Below, one piece after another: positions 19,449 through 29,421 of a DNA stretch of 58,394 bases. The notes beneath the pieces were generated by a model. The model was not told where the DNA came from. It made no database searches and saw only the letters and a program-made list of their open reading frames with translations. Both the position numbers and the translations under genes were made by a program. This stretch comes from Nitrospira japonica (lineage in GTDB: Bacteria; Nitrospirota; Thermodesulfovibrionia; Thermodesulfovibrionales; SM23-35): NCBI GenBank assembly GCA_020725385.1, contig DYFC01000062.1, forward strand, positions 1 through 58,394, written 5' to 3'. Numbering within the stretch: the first letter of the stretch is position 1; each line of letters starts with the position of its first letter.

Positions 19449-19854
19449 CCAATACGCTCTCCCATTTTCCTCTTAAATATGCTTTAATTTGATTCGGAAG
19501 TTCTCTTACATTTATTGGTTTTGATATATATCCTTCAAAACCGGCAATTAAAACTTTCTCTCTGTCGCCTTTCATAGCGTGAGCAGTAAAAGCAATAATT
19601 GGAACATCCTTGAAAGCATCCATTTCCTTTAACCTTTTGGCTACTTCATAACCGCTTAGTTTTGGCAGAGATATATCAAGCAGTATAAGATTAGGAATTT
19701 CTGCTATAGCCTTTTCAATCGCCTGTTCGCCATCTTCGGCTTCAATCATCTGATAGCCTTTGTTCCTTAGAACTTTAACCACTAACTCCCGGCTATCCTG
19801 ATTGTCTTCAACAACAAGAATTTTTCTTGAAGGTAATTTTTTCTCTTCTTCCAT
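19432..19854 (-). CDS. Single-domain response regulator (DivK-like)
   Basis: ILVVEDN, LLDISLP, TAHAMKGD, ISKPI. Confidence 0.9.
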   Translation of the reverse strand: MEEEKKLPSRKILVVEDNQDSRELVVKVLRNKGYQMIEAEDGEQAIEKAIAEIPNLILLDISLPKLSGYEVAKRLKEMDAFKDVPIIAFTAHAMKGDREKVLIAGFEGYISKPINVRELPNQIKAYLRGKWESVLGGEQE

Positions 19855-19900
19855 TAACTTATCCCACTTTTTTAACTATTATAATATAACGCATAACAAT

Positions 19901-21520
19901 CTATTTTAGTAATTCTTTTTTTAAAGGCAAAGCAAAGCAAAATCTACTGCCTTGACCATATTTGCTTGATACCCAGATCATTCCTTTATGAAGTTTAATA
20001 AATCCTTTTGCAACACTCAATCCAACACCCGAGCCTTCATACTCACGGATTAATGAGAAATCAACCTGAACAAATTTATCGAATATTTTCCCGAGATCTT
20101 CTTCTTTTATCCCTATTCCTGTATCTTCAATGCATACTTCAAGATATTGAGGTTCTTTCCTTTCTGAAACTTTCCAATCAGAGAAACGTGAAGAAACTGT
20201 AATTCCACCTTTATGGGTAAATTTCACAGCATTTGAAAGAAGATTTAATATAACATGCCTGATTTTTTCTTCATCACAATAAAAACTGGGAAGTGTCCTG
20301 TCAAGATTTAAAGTCAGGGATAAACTCTTTTTTTCAATAAGAGATTTAACATCTTTAAGAACATCCTCAATAATAAAATTTATATCGCTTTCCTTGATAT
20401 TTAATTCTATCATTGCAGATTCAAGCCTTGAAATGCTTATTAGATCATCAATAAGTTGAAGTAATCTTTTAGAATTTTCTTTTATTTTGATAAGGCTATT
20501 TTCTTGTTCATTAGTCAAAGAACCATCAATCTTATCGAGTAAAACATCTGTATAACCGATTATTATATTCATCGGTGTTCTGAGTTCATGAGACATATTT
20601 GCCAAAAAAGCGCTCTTTAGCTTATCAAGTTTTTGTAATTCAATTTTGTCTTTTTCAAGTTGCTCGACAAATATTGTGCGCTCTTCTACAAGATGCTGTA
20701 ATTTCCTCCTATCCTCATTTATATATGAATATGATTTGTAAATACTAAGGAAGAAGATACTAACAGAACCAATAAAAAAAATAGCAAGACTATTTAAACT
20801 GCCGCTGTAAGGTTCAATTAACGTCCAGATCTCTTTATTTCCGGTGGGAATTAAAATATGTCTCATGATATGACCAAAAGCTCTCGATAAAGAAAAGATC
20901 AACCATGAAGATGAAAGCCAGATAAAATAATTCCGGAGTATATTTTCTTTATCACTTCTGTATAGCTCAATACTTTTATAAAAACACACAAAAGCAAGTA
21001 TTATAAAAACAATATTTCCCAATAAATCATTAAGTAGAATTGGTAAAAGTGGAAGAATTATAACAGGCGAATAAGAAAAGCTTTCCACGCTCTTTGAATA
21101 TTCCCTAAGCCCGAGATAAAAAGAAAACATCGCAATATTCAGAAGAACAAAGTCAAGTCTGCCTATATAGTAGAGAACCTCAAATTTTCTGATGATTATA
21201 CTTCTTTTAAAGTAATCTATGCCTGATTCGGCACCGACAGTTTCGGGCATAGCCATAACTTCTGCAATTCTGCTGATGAATACAGTTATATCCCAGATAG
21301 CAAAACAGATAACAGCGAGAAATATAAATCTCCACCCTTTATAAGCCTGTAAGTGATTTTTCAGGATAGCCCATGCAACTACCAGCAGAGAGATAAAAAG
21401 AAAAAGACGGGCAATCTGGTGAGGATATATAGCAGAATACTCATGTGGCACATAAGCAAAAGTTTTTACCGGGAGAGATATGAATAACATAGAAAGGAAG
21501 AATATTTTTTTAAAAGACAT
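19901..21520 (-). CDS. Multi-TM sensor histidine kinase
   Basis: About 7-8 TM N-terminus, FLANMSHELRTPM, NAVKFT, DTGIG. Confidence 0.9.
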   Translation of the reverse strand: MSFKKIFFLSMLFISLPVKTFAYVPHEYSAIYPHQIARLFLFISLLVVAWAILKNHLQAYKGWRFIFLAVICFAIWDITVFISRIAEVMAMPETVGAESGIDYFKRSIIIRKFEVLYYIGRLDFVLLNIAMFSFYLGLREYSKSVESFSYSPVIILPLLPILLNDLLGNIVFIILAFVCFYKSIELYRSDKENILRNYFIWLSSSWLIFSLSRAFGHIMRHILIPTGNKEIWTLIEPYSGSLNSLAIFFIGSVSIFFLSIYKSYSYINEDRRKLQHLVEERTIFVEQLEKDKIELQKLDKLKSAFLANMSHELRTPMNIIIGYTDVLLDKIDGSLTNEQENSLIKIKENSKRLLQLIDDLISISRLESAMIELNIKESDINFIIEDVLKDVKSLIEKKSLSLTLNLDRTLPSFYCDEEKIRHVILNLLSNAVKFTHKGGITVSSRFSDWKVSERKEPQYLEVCIEDTGIGIKEEDLGKIFDKFVQVDFSLIREYEGSGVGLSVAKGFIKLHKGMIWVSSKYGQGSRFCFALPLKKELLK

Positions 21521-21554
21521 GTTACAATCCTGAAATAATTATTTTTAATTTTTA

Positions 21555-24248
21555 TCAAGTACTGCCTGTCATCCCTATTACTTTCTTTAGCTCGCCGATA
21601 AGATCTTCTTTTTCCATAACAACCTTGTTCAAAATACCCTGTATTCTTCCATTAAGCTCTTCAATTTCTTTCTCTGAAAGGTCTTTTTGAGTTAGTACGA
21701 TTATCGGGATATTCTTTGCGTCTTTATCGGTCTTTATATATTCAATAACATCAAATCCTGTAACAGGCATCGTGAGATTAAGCACAATTAGATCGGGTTT
21801 GTAACTTTTGATAGATGATATTGCATCTTCACTATTATAAGCAGTCTTAATCTGATATGATTCTTCTTCAAGCATATTTCCAATTGATTTAACAGTTTCA
21901 ATATCATTGTCAACTATCAGTACTCTTTTAATTTTAGATGTCTTATCGAATGCTTTAAGTTTTTTGAGCAATACATTTTTATCCACAGGTTTCAGAAGAT
22001 ATTCTGCTGCTCCAAGACTAAACCCGAGTCTTTGGTCATCAACAATTGACAGCACTATTACCGGTATATCCTGTGTCTGTGCATCTCTCTTAAGTTCCCT
22101 TAAAACCTGCCAGCCATCTTTTCGTGGCATCATAATATCAAGAGTTATTGCCATTGGTTTGATTTCTTTAGCCTTTTCAACCGCATTCTCACCGCTTAAA
22201 AGTCCAATAACCCTATAATCTTCTCCAAGATACTTTTTAATAATATCAATCGCATCAGGGTTATCATCGATAGCCAGGATAGTTTTCTTTTCAGATTCAG
22301 ATTTCATTAAATTATCAAACACAATAGCGCCTGAAGTTTCACTTACAATGTTCTTAATCAACTCACAACCTTTACAAAAATCCACTTTTTCAGGATATGC
22401 AGCTAATTTCATGCCGGAACAGTGTGTGCCCATTATTAACCAGCAACGGCTTTCAGAACTACCATACGCAGGACATGTTGGCTGTCCACATCTTATAAAC
22501 TCCCAGCAATGTATCGGCTTACCGGCAAATTCCGGTTCTTTAAGAAATTCTTCTGCTGGCTTCTCAAAATAATCTGCAAGAGCTTCTGCAACTCTTGTTT
22601 CAACAACCGGTACGGGTTTCTCAAGTATCTCTCTTTTCAAGGGTAGAGTGAAACAGAATTTACTGCCCTCACCATACTTGCTTTCCACCCATATTACGCC
22701 TTTGTGTAGAGCAACAAGACCCCTTGCTATACTTAATCCAAGACCGGTTCCTTCATATTGACGAACCGTAGTAAGATCAACCTGAACAAATTTATCGAAT
22801 ATTTTTCCGAGATCTTCTTCTTTTATGCCGATACCTGTATCTGCAACACAAATCTCCATAAAAATAGGCTCTTCCCCTGGTTTTATTCCCCGTTCGGATA
22901 TTTTTGCATAAATAGTTATGCCTCCTTCATGCGTAAATTTGATTGCATTTGCAATGAGGTTAATTAAAATTTCTTTAACCCTATCTTCATCACCATATAC
23001 AAGTGGAAGGTTATCGGGAATTTCTACACTAAGACTCAATCCTTTAATCTTGAGTTGCGGTTCAAAAGTGTGAATTATATTTTCAACAAGCCATTTAATA
23101 TCTATTTCTTTAATATTAAGTTTCATCTTGCCAGCTTCAATTTTTGAAATGTCAAGCACATCATTTATAAGCTGCAAAAGATGTCTCGCATTAGCTGCTA
23201 CTTTTTTAAGGCTTTTCTCCTGATCTTCATTAATCGGGCCATCTACTCCGTCAAGGAGTAAATCTGTATAGCCGATTATTGCGTTCATTGGGGTTCTCAA
23301 TTCATGGGACATATTTGCAAGAAAAGTAGATTTCAGCTTGTCGAGTTCTCTTAAGTCCTTATTGGCACGTTCAAGCAATGTTAGAAGCCTGGTTCTTTCA
23401 TTTAAGAGAGCTGTTTTTCTTTTTACTTCTTCCTCAAGTTTTTTACTGAAAGAAGAAACACTATCCACCATATAATTGAAAGTTTTGCCCAATATTCCTA
23501 TCTCATCTTCTGTTTTAACATCAACAGAAACTGACATATCTCCTTCGGCAAACTTTTTTGCTTTTTCTGCAAGAGATTCAACAGGCTTCCTGACAAGTTT
23601 ATTTACCATTAAATATATAAGAGCGATCGATATAGGAATAAGTATTGCAACTATAGTAATTGTTCGGTTTCTCTGGGCAACTACCTGAGCATATGTCTTT
23701 TCTGCATCAAGCCTTACAACTATACCGCCGAGTATTTTTCTTGAAGAACCGTGGCAGTGATAACAATCTTTTTCATTTAAAATAGGCCGCATTACAACAA
23801 GATGCCTTTTTCCATTTATAACATCCTCATATGGATTTCTTGGATCAAAAACAGGTTCTACACCTGTTTGCAGGGTTTGAGTCAAAGTCTTTGATATAGC
23901 TGTATTTTTGAAGGTATCTGATAGGTTTGTATTTATTTTATCGAGATTTGTAGAATATACAACTTCCTGATCAAAGTCACATATAAAAACTTCTACGTCT
24001 TTCATTTTTTCGCTAATGTCAACAAGCTCCCTCTTAATAGCTTCACTGTCCCCGAGTTCCATTGGATACTTAATGCCAGCATAAATTGCATCGGCTAATT
24101 CACGACTTATTGAAGCTGCGATTTCAAGTCTGTCTTTTGTTCCAAAATATATTCTCATATAAATTTCGGAAAGAAGCACCATGAGAATAATAACCAGCAT
24201 AGCGGTCATTATTTTATATCCAAGATGTTTTTTAATAAAATCAAACAT
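21555..24248 (-). CDS. Hybrid histidine kinase with periplasmic heme-c sensor, HAMP, Cys/Trp-rich insert and two receivers
   Basis: CYHCH between the TM segments, HAMP, SHELRTP, HATPase, CWEFIRC...CPAY...CW...C...CKGC, two REC domains. Confidence 0.9.
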   Translation of the reverse strand: MFDFIKKHLGYKIMTAMLVIILMVLLSEIYMRIYFGTKDRLEIAASISRELADAIYAGIKYPMELGDSEAIKRELVDISEKMKDVEVFICDFDQEVVYSTNLDKINTNLSDTFKNTAISKTLTQTLQTGVEPVFDPRNPYEDVINGKRHLVVMRPILNEKDCYHCHGSSRKILGGIVVRLDAEKTYAQVVAQRNRTITIVAILIPISIALIYLMVNKLVRKPVESLAEKAKKFAEGDMSVSVDVKTEDEIGILGKTFNYMVDSVSSFSKKLEEEVKRKTALLNERTRLLTLLERANKDLRELDKLKSTFLANMSHELRTPMNAIIGYTDLLLDGVDGPINEDQEKSLKKVAANARHLLQLINDVLDISKIEAGKMKLNIKEIDIKWLVENIIHTFEPQLKIKGLSLSVEIPDNLPLVYGDEDRVKEILINLIANAIKFTHEGGITIYAKISERGIKPGEEPIFMEICVADTGIGIKEEDLGKIFDKFVQVDLTTVRQYEGTGLGLSIARGLVALHKGVIWVESKYGEGSKFCFTLPLKREILEKPVPVVETRVAEALADYFEKPAEEFLKEPEFAGKPIHCWEFIRCGQPTCPAYGSSESRCWLIMGTHCSGMKLAAYPEKVDFCKGCELIKNIVSETSGAIVFDNLMKSESEKKTILAIDDNPDAIDIIKKYLGEDYRVIGLLSGENAVEKAKEIKPMAITLDIMMPRKDGWQVLRELKRDAQTQDIPVIVLSIVDDQRLGFSLGAAEYLLKPVDKNVLLKKLKAFDKTSKIKRVLIVDNDIETVKSIGNMLEEESYQIKTAYNSEDAISSIKSYKPDLIVLNLTMPVTGFDVIEYIKTDKDAKNIPIIVLTQKDLSEKEIEELNGRIQGILNKVVMEKEDLIGELKKVIGMTGST

Positions 24249-24277
24249 TTTATATTACCTTTACTTCAATTTTTTCA

Positions 24278-24333
24278 GAATTTTGAGTTTTGAATTTTGA
24301 ATTCTTGAATATCGAATTTTGAGTTTTGAATTT
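24278..24333. repeat. Degenerate 7-mer tandem repeat (TTTTGAA/TTTTGAG)
   Basis: gaattttgagttttgaattttgaattcttgaatatcgaattttgagttttgaattt, about 8 units. Confidence 0.75.
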
Positions 24334-24818
24334 CAATGTGCTCCTCCGTGAATTAATGGCTTATATCTAAAAGCCCTAACCCTTTCGGATATATGACATT
24401 CTTCACAATCTTTCATTGTCATCTTTCTTTTTATATATTTTGGGTTCATGGTCCTGACATGGACACTTCCCGGACCATGACAGACTTCACAACCTGCGTT
24501 CTTAAGATGCGGCGTTTTTTCAACACTTACAAATCCTCCGGGTTTTCCATGACCTGTCGTGTGACATGCGTAGCATCCTTTAATTTCCTCTTCAGTAAGC
24601 CCTTTTCTAAGTCTTTCTATGCTCTCGAAAGACCTGCTTTTTTTAGCATATTTTGTAAAGCTTTCGTACTCCTTTTCATGGCATTTCTTACATGTATCGC
24701 TGCCAACATATAGTGCTTTTTGATCACCATTCCGGGCTATCGCATAATGCGCAAATAAAAAATTTAAAATCAAGAGAAAGGCAAAAAAATAGGCAATTAT
24801 TTTATTTTTAAATTTCAT
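24333..24818 (-). CDS. Periplasmic tetraheme cytochrome c (c554-like)
   Basis: Signal peptide; CKKCH, CYACH, CEVCH, CEECH; YVGS and HGPGS motifs. Confidence 0.9.
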   Translation of the reverse strand: MKFKNKIIAYFFAFLLILNFLFAHYAIARNGDQKALYVGSDTCKKCHEKEYESFTKYAKKSRSFESIERLRKGLTEEEIKGCYACHTTGHGKPGGFVSVEKTPHLKNAGCEVCHGPGSVHVRTMNPKYIKRKMTMKDCEECHISERVRAFRYKPLIHGGAH

Positions 24819-24868
24819 AATATTTATTTTCCTTGATTATTCAAAAAATTGCAATCGCAGTACATTTT

Positions 24869-26122
24869 TTAACTGACTTTGATTTTCTCAATATTTAAAA
24901 TACTAAATCTTAATCTGAGTAGAAGCAATAGTCCGGGTATAGAGAAAAGGAATGTGATAAAGAAAAACCCGGGCCAGCCTACTGACTCTACAAGAAAACC
25001 GGATGATGGTGCTATAAATATTCTTCCGAGTGCTGCAAGTGATGACAATAATGCATACTGGGTTGCTGTAAAACGATGATTACACATTCCCATAATTAGA
25101 GATACAAAAGCTGCTGTCCCCATTCCTCCACTAAAGTTTTCAAAAGCTATTGTAAAAATAAGCATGCTATAACTTTTTCCGAGCCATGCAAGAAGCATAA
25201 AAGACAGATTTGAGACAGCCTGTAAGATTCCGAAAAAAAGAAGTGCTCTGTACAAACCAAGATTAATCATCAATGTACCGCCAATAGTAGCTCCAATTAT
25301 TAAAGATAGGAAACCAAGACCTTTGTTAATAGTGCCTACTTCAGCGGGAGTAAAACCAAGACCCCTTATAAGAAACGGTGTAGTAAGTGTACCTGCAAAA
25401 GCATCTCCTAATTTATATAGAATAATTAAAAGAAGTAAAGCAATCGCTGATTCTCTTGTAAAATAATCTTTAAGTGGCCCCCAAACAGCTTCTTTAATAC
25501 TGGATGGAGGTAATACTTTCCCATCAGGTTCTTTTGCGAATAATGTTGTTAATACTCCTGCAAACATTATTACAGCCATAAAAAGATAAGTATTTCTCCA
25601 TCCTATGCTATCTGACATTATCAGAGCCAGTGCTCCGGATACAAGTGTTGCAATTCTATATCCCGTCACAAAAACCGCTGCACCTACTCCTCTTTCTTTT
25701 TCATGCAACACATCAGTACGATATGCATCTATAACTATATCCTGTGATGCTGAAGTAAATGCTATAAATATTGCAAGAAAGCCAACAGTCATAATAGCAT
25801 CTGAAGGTGAAGTAAAAGAAAGCAGAGTAATGCCAAGAATAAGAAGCATTTGTGTTATTAGTATCCAGCCCCTTCTTCTTCCAAAAAATGGGGGAACAAA
25901 TCTGTCCAGAAAAGGAGACCACAAAAACTTTAATGTATATGGCAGGCCTACAAGAGCAAATATACCGATTGTTTTTAAATCTATTCCTTCAACAGTCATC
26001 CAAGCCTGCAAGGTTCCGCCGCTTAATGCAAGTGGAAGACCTGACGCAAAACCCATCAGTGAAACAATCGCAATTCTTCTGCTTTTGAATACCTGAAGAT
26101 AAGGTTCAAAATATTTTTTCAT
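24869..26122 (-). CDS. ampG: AmpG muropeptide MFS permease
   Basis: GFASGLPLAL, LKFLWSP.LDR, GRRRGW, SASQDIVIDAYR, TATQYALLSS. Confidence 0.92.
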   Translation of the reverse strand: MKKYFEPYLQVFKSRRIAIVSLMGFASGLPLALSGGTLQAWMTVEGIDLKTIGIFALVGLPYTLKFLWSPFLDRFVPPFFGRRRGWILITQMLLILGITLLSFTSPSDAIMTVGFLAIFIAFTSASQDIVIDAYRTDVLHEKERGVGAAVFVTGYRIATLVSGALALIMSDSIGWRNTYLFMAVIMFAGVLTTLFAKEPDGKVLPPSSIKEAVWGPLKDYFTRESAIALLLLIILYKLGDAFAGTLTTPFLIRGLGFTPAEVGTINKGLGFLSLIIGATIGGTLMINLGLYRALLFFGILQAVSNLSFMLLAWLGKSYSMLIFTIAFENFSGGMGTAAFVSLIMGMCNHRFTATQYALLSSLAALGRIFIAPSSGFLVESVGWPGFFFITFLFSIPGLLLLLRLRFSILNIEKIKVS

Positions 26123-26150
26123 AATAATAGCAACTTAAATCCTCTGTTTT

Positions 26151-26326
26151 TGTCATTGGCCCTACGGTTCCACCAAACAAATGGCGGACAAGCAAGCCAG
26201 AGGATAAACTTGACCAGATAATCCAATTATGTCATACCACGATTTATTCGTGGTATCTAAGGAAAATTATTTCCGGATTCCCCGATTCCACATCGAAAAC
26301 AGATAGCAGGCAAGTCGGGAAATGAT
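26151..26326. repeat. Composite palindromic REP/MITE-like element(s) with TGTCAT ends
   Basis: TGTCATTGG..., TGTCATACCACGA-TTTAT-TCGTGGTAT hairpin, TTCCCCGAT...GTCGGGAAATGA. Motifs are shared with 52217-52362. Confidence 0.6.
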
Positions 26327-26518
26327 AAACACAAGTATAACAAATACTTTATTTATTACTTGAAATTCAGTAAAAATAATTTGTAATTTACTATAATATT
26401 TACAATTGAATAAAAACATATTATCTTTTACTATAAAATAATGTGTAAACTTTTAAAATATTTTTAGCGGCAAACTTTTAATTGTTTAATTTAATCAAGC
26501 CAAGAAGGAGGGATTGTT

Positions 26519-27367
26519 ATGTTAAGGAAAAGTTTTATTAATCTACTGGCAGTATCATTTTTATCAACTTTGCTTTTATTTGCAACATCAGAAGCAAAAG
26601 ATATTAAAGGTGCTAAAGCAATTTTTGACTCCGGTGAAGGACCTTCTGTTGGAATGTCAGTAGGACATGCAAAAACAAAGACTTCCACAACTGCAACCGA
26701 ATCAAAGGAAAAATATACTGGTATTTCGTATCAGCTTCTTCTCCTTTCCGATGATGGCCAATTTAAAGTAGTTCCAAAAACAAGAGCTTTTAAATCCGGT
26801 GAAAGAATGAAAATGCTTATAAGAACCAATAGATCAGGGTATATGACAATATATAACATTGGTTCATCTGGCAAAACCAATCTTTTATTCAATGATTATG
26901 TCGAAGCATTTACATTGCATGAAATACCCAAGAACACAAATTTTGTATTCACAGGAGCACCTGGTACAGAAACAATTCTTGTGATGCTTTCTGATCAACG
27001 ATATCCAGCAGGAAATCAAACAATAACTGCTTCACCTCCTCCTTCATACAATCCTCCTTCTTATACACCTCCTTCATCAACATCAACAGCAAGCAACACC
27101 GAGCTTCCCCCGCCACCTTCTATTGTTGCTTCTCTGGATGGTGCAAAAAGTTTGAAAAATAAAGGAGCGAAAGATATAGTAGTTGAAGATTCAATGCAAA
27201 ATACTTATGCTGTTATTTCTCCAAAAAATGGTTGGAAACCGGTACCGGGAGGAACAAAAGATATAGTGCTTGAGTCTTCAGCAGGTTCAAATTATGGAGT
27301 GATACCTGCCTCAACTATAGCTGATGGAGGAATTCTCACACTACAAATAAAGTTAAAACATAATTAG
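26519..27367 (+). CDS. Exported DUF4384-like protein with Pro/Ser linker
   Basis: Signal peptide and GGAGGG RBS; FKSGE.....RTNRSGY.TIYNIGSSG...LLF...F.FTGAPGTE pattern. Confidence 0.7.
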   Translation: MLRKSFINLLAVSFLSTLLLFATSEAKDIKGAKAIFDSGEGPSVGMSVGHAKTKTSTTATESKEKYTGISYQLLLLSDDGQFKVVPKTRAFKSGERMKMLIRTNRSGYMTIYNIGSSGKTNLLFNDYVEAFTLHEIPKNTNFVFTGAPGTETILVMLSDQRYPAGNQTITASPPPSYNPPSYTPPSSTSTASNTELPPPPSIVASLDGAKSLKNKGAKDIVVEDSMQNTYAVISPKNGWKPVPGGTKDIVLESSAGSNYGVIPASTIADGGILTLQIKLKHN

Positions 27368-27380
27368 AAAGGAAAAGCAC

Positions 27381-28118
27381 ATGAAAAATAAATTTTTCAA
27401 ACATACAATTATTTTTCTTATAACTGTTTTTCTTTTTACTTCATGTGCTCCACTTCCTCCTGCCGGTACAGCTCTTACACCAGAAGAACGTGAATCAGCA
27501 AAGAAGACCTGTATTGCAAGATATACTGCTGCCGGAGCTGTAGGCGGAGCAATACTCGGAAGTCTTCTTGGTGGTAAAGGCGCTAAATGGGAAACAGCAG
27601 CTATCGGCGCTGCTGCAGGCGGTGCTCTTGCATTTGCTATTGCATGGGGTCATTGTCTTTCTGTATATTCTGACCTTAATAGTTATCCTGTTGCCGGAGC
27701 AAGAGAAACAGCACAAAAAATAGGTTATAACTCTTCACAGGGAAATATTACAAAAATAGATAAATTTTATCTTAATCCTGATGCAGTCGCTCCGGGTGGC
27801 AGGGTTCAGATGAATGGTTCATATTTTATAATGGCACCCGAAGGAACACAGGAAGTAAAAGTAACAGAAACAAGAATTCTTCATTACTATAATCCGTCTG
27901 AAAATGAATGGAAAGAACTCGGTTCTGTTGATAATGTAATTACATCTTCGCTGGGAACAAGAAAAGCAGAAGGTAATTTTGATATACCATCTGATGTTCC
28001 TGAAGGAAAATATCGCATAACTCTTAAAATTGCTGCGCAGGGTAAAGAAGATCAGGTCTCAAAAGAGCTTACTGTTAAAAAAGGATTAGCCATGCTTAAA
28101 TACATGTGGGCAAGTTAG
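27381..28118 (+). CDS. Glycine-zipper lipoprotein with C-terminal Ig-like domain
   Basis: Lipobox FTSC; GAVGGAILGSLLGG...GAAAGGALA; PSDVPEGKYRITL. Confidence 0.7.
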   Translation: MKNKFFKHTIIFLITVFLFTSCAPLPPAGTALTPEERESAKKTCIARYTAAGAVGGAILGSLLGGKGAKWETAAIGAAAGGALAFAIAWGHCLSVYSDLNSYPVAGARETAQKIGYNSSQGNITKIDKFYLNPDAVAPGGRVQMNGSYFIMAPEGTQEVKVTETRILHYYNPSENEWKELGSVDNVITSSLGTRKAEGNFDIPSDVPEGKYRITLKIAAQGKEDQVSKELTVKKGLAMLKYMWAS

Positions 28119-28138
28119 ATATAATCTTGGAGCGGAAT

Positions 28139-29398
28139 ATGATTAAACTTAAATTTATTTTATTTCTATTAATAATCGCTTTCTCGATTTTCCCTCTTGC
28201 ACAAGTTTATCCACAACAATCTCCTGTTACGAATCAACATATTGAACAGATAAATAATCTGTTTCAGAAAAACAATGTTTTTCGTGGTTATGCTGTATTG
28301 GACAGGTTTGGAAGAATAGAACTCAAAGGCGAGTATGAAGACGAAGATGAAGTTGACAGAGCTTTTTCAATAGCACAGACAGTTGTTGGAATTAAATGGG
28401 TATCTCCTGTAACACCCGAAAATATTAAAGTTAAAACATGGGAAAAAAGATTTGGAGACTTATTTTCACGTGCAAAAGTCCTAAAACCAGAAATAAAAGG
28501 TTCTGGTATTCCCGGACCAATTAAAAACAGATATGCTCTGGTTGTAGGTATCGGAGAATTCAAAGCAGAATCTCAGGGTATACCCCGCTTGAATTTTGCA
28601 GTTCATGATGCGAGGAGTTTTTACAATTTTCTTATTGACCCGAAACGCGGGGGATTTCTAAAACAAAACGTAACCTTTCTTACCAACAGGGATGCTACAA
28701 GAGATAATATTGCCAATGCTCTAAATAGAATCAGAGATATAGCAGAGCAGGATGACCTTGTTACTATTTATATGAGCAGTCATGGAACACCACCTGACAA
28801 GTTCGGGGGTGTTTTCATAGTTACTTATGATACCGAGGTTAAACCACGTGAAAAAGTCTGGAAAACAGCTATCTCAGAAAATATGTTGAGGGATTTTATA
28901 GAAAACTTAAGAGCTAAAAGATTGGTAATGATTCTTGATGCATGTTACAGTAATGGCGCTTACAGGAAAGTACCCGGGTTTTTACCGCCTGGCGGAAAAT
29001 CTCTTGGTGCAAGTGATAATGAAGGCTATGGAATTTCCAAGGAATATGCAAAAAGGCTGCTCGGATCTAAAGATATTGTCTTTGAAGATGAACCGCATCA
29101 GAAATCATCAGCCAAATCTTCTTTTGATTCAGATGACGGCTGGGGTAATGTATTAATAGGTGCAAGCGGGCCCGGTGAACAATCATGGGAATCTGATCAA
29201 CTTAATAACAGTATTTTTACATACTATTTTCTTGATGGTTTAAACCGTTATAATGGCTCGGTACAAAAAGCCTTTTATCACGCAAAGCCATTAGTTCCAA
29301 AAAGAGTTAAACAAGAAAAGGGCGAAGATATTGATCAGAATCCACAGGTTATTGCAACCTCTCCCAACTGGGATATGAAATTAGCAAAGAAAAAATAA
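28139..29398 (+). CDS. Exported caspase-family (C14) protease with N-terminal BON-like domain
   Basis: Signal peptide; RYALVVGI, SSHG (His), LDACYS (Cys), SWES...NSIFTYYFLDGL, QNP. ATG at 28139 follows GGAG. Confidence 0.85.
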   Translation: MIKLKFILFLLIIAFSIFPLAQVYPQQSPVTNQHIEQINNLFQKNNVFRGYAVLDRFGRIELKGEYEDEDEVDRAFSIAQTVVGIKWVSPVTPENIKVKTWEKRFGDLFSRAKVLKPEIKGSGIPGPIKNRYALVVGIGEFKAESQGIPRLNFAVHDARSFYNFLIDPKRGGFLKQNVTFLTNRDATRDNIANALNRIRDIAEQDDLVTIYMSSHGTPPDKFGGVFIVTYDTEVKPREKVWKTAISENMLRDFIENLRAKRLVMILDACYSNGAYRKVPGFLPPGGKSLGASDNEGYGISKEYAKRLLGSKDIVFEDEPHQKSSAKSSFDSDDGWGNVLIGASGPGEQSWESDQLNNSIFTYYFLDGLNRYNGSVQKAFYHAKPLVPKRVKQEKGEDIDQNPQVIATSPNWDMKLAKKK

Positions 29399-29421
29399 TA
29401 TTTTTAAAGGAGGATTTTGAG

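Noticed and set aside
24278-24333. Possible CRISPR array
   Set aside because: Only 7-nt tandem units, no spacers, and no cas genes in the window.
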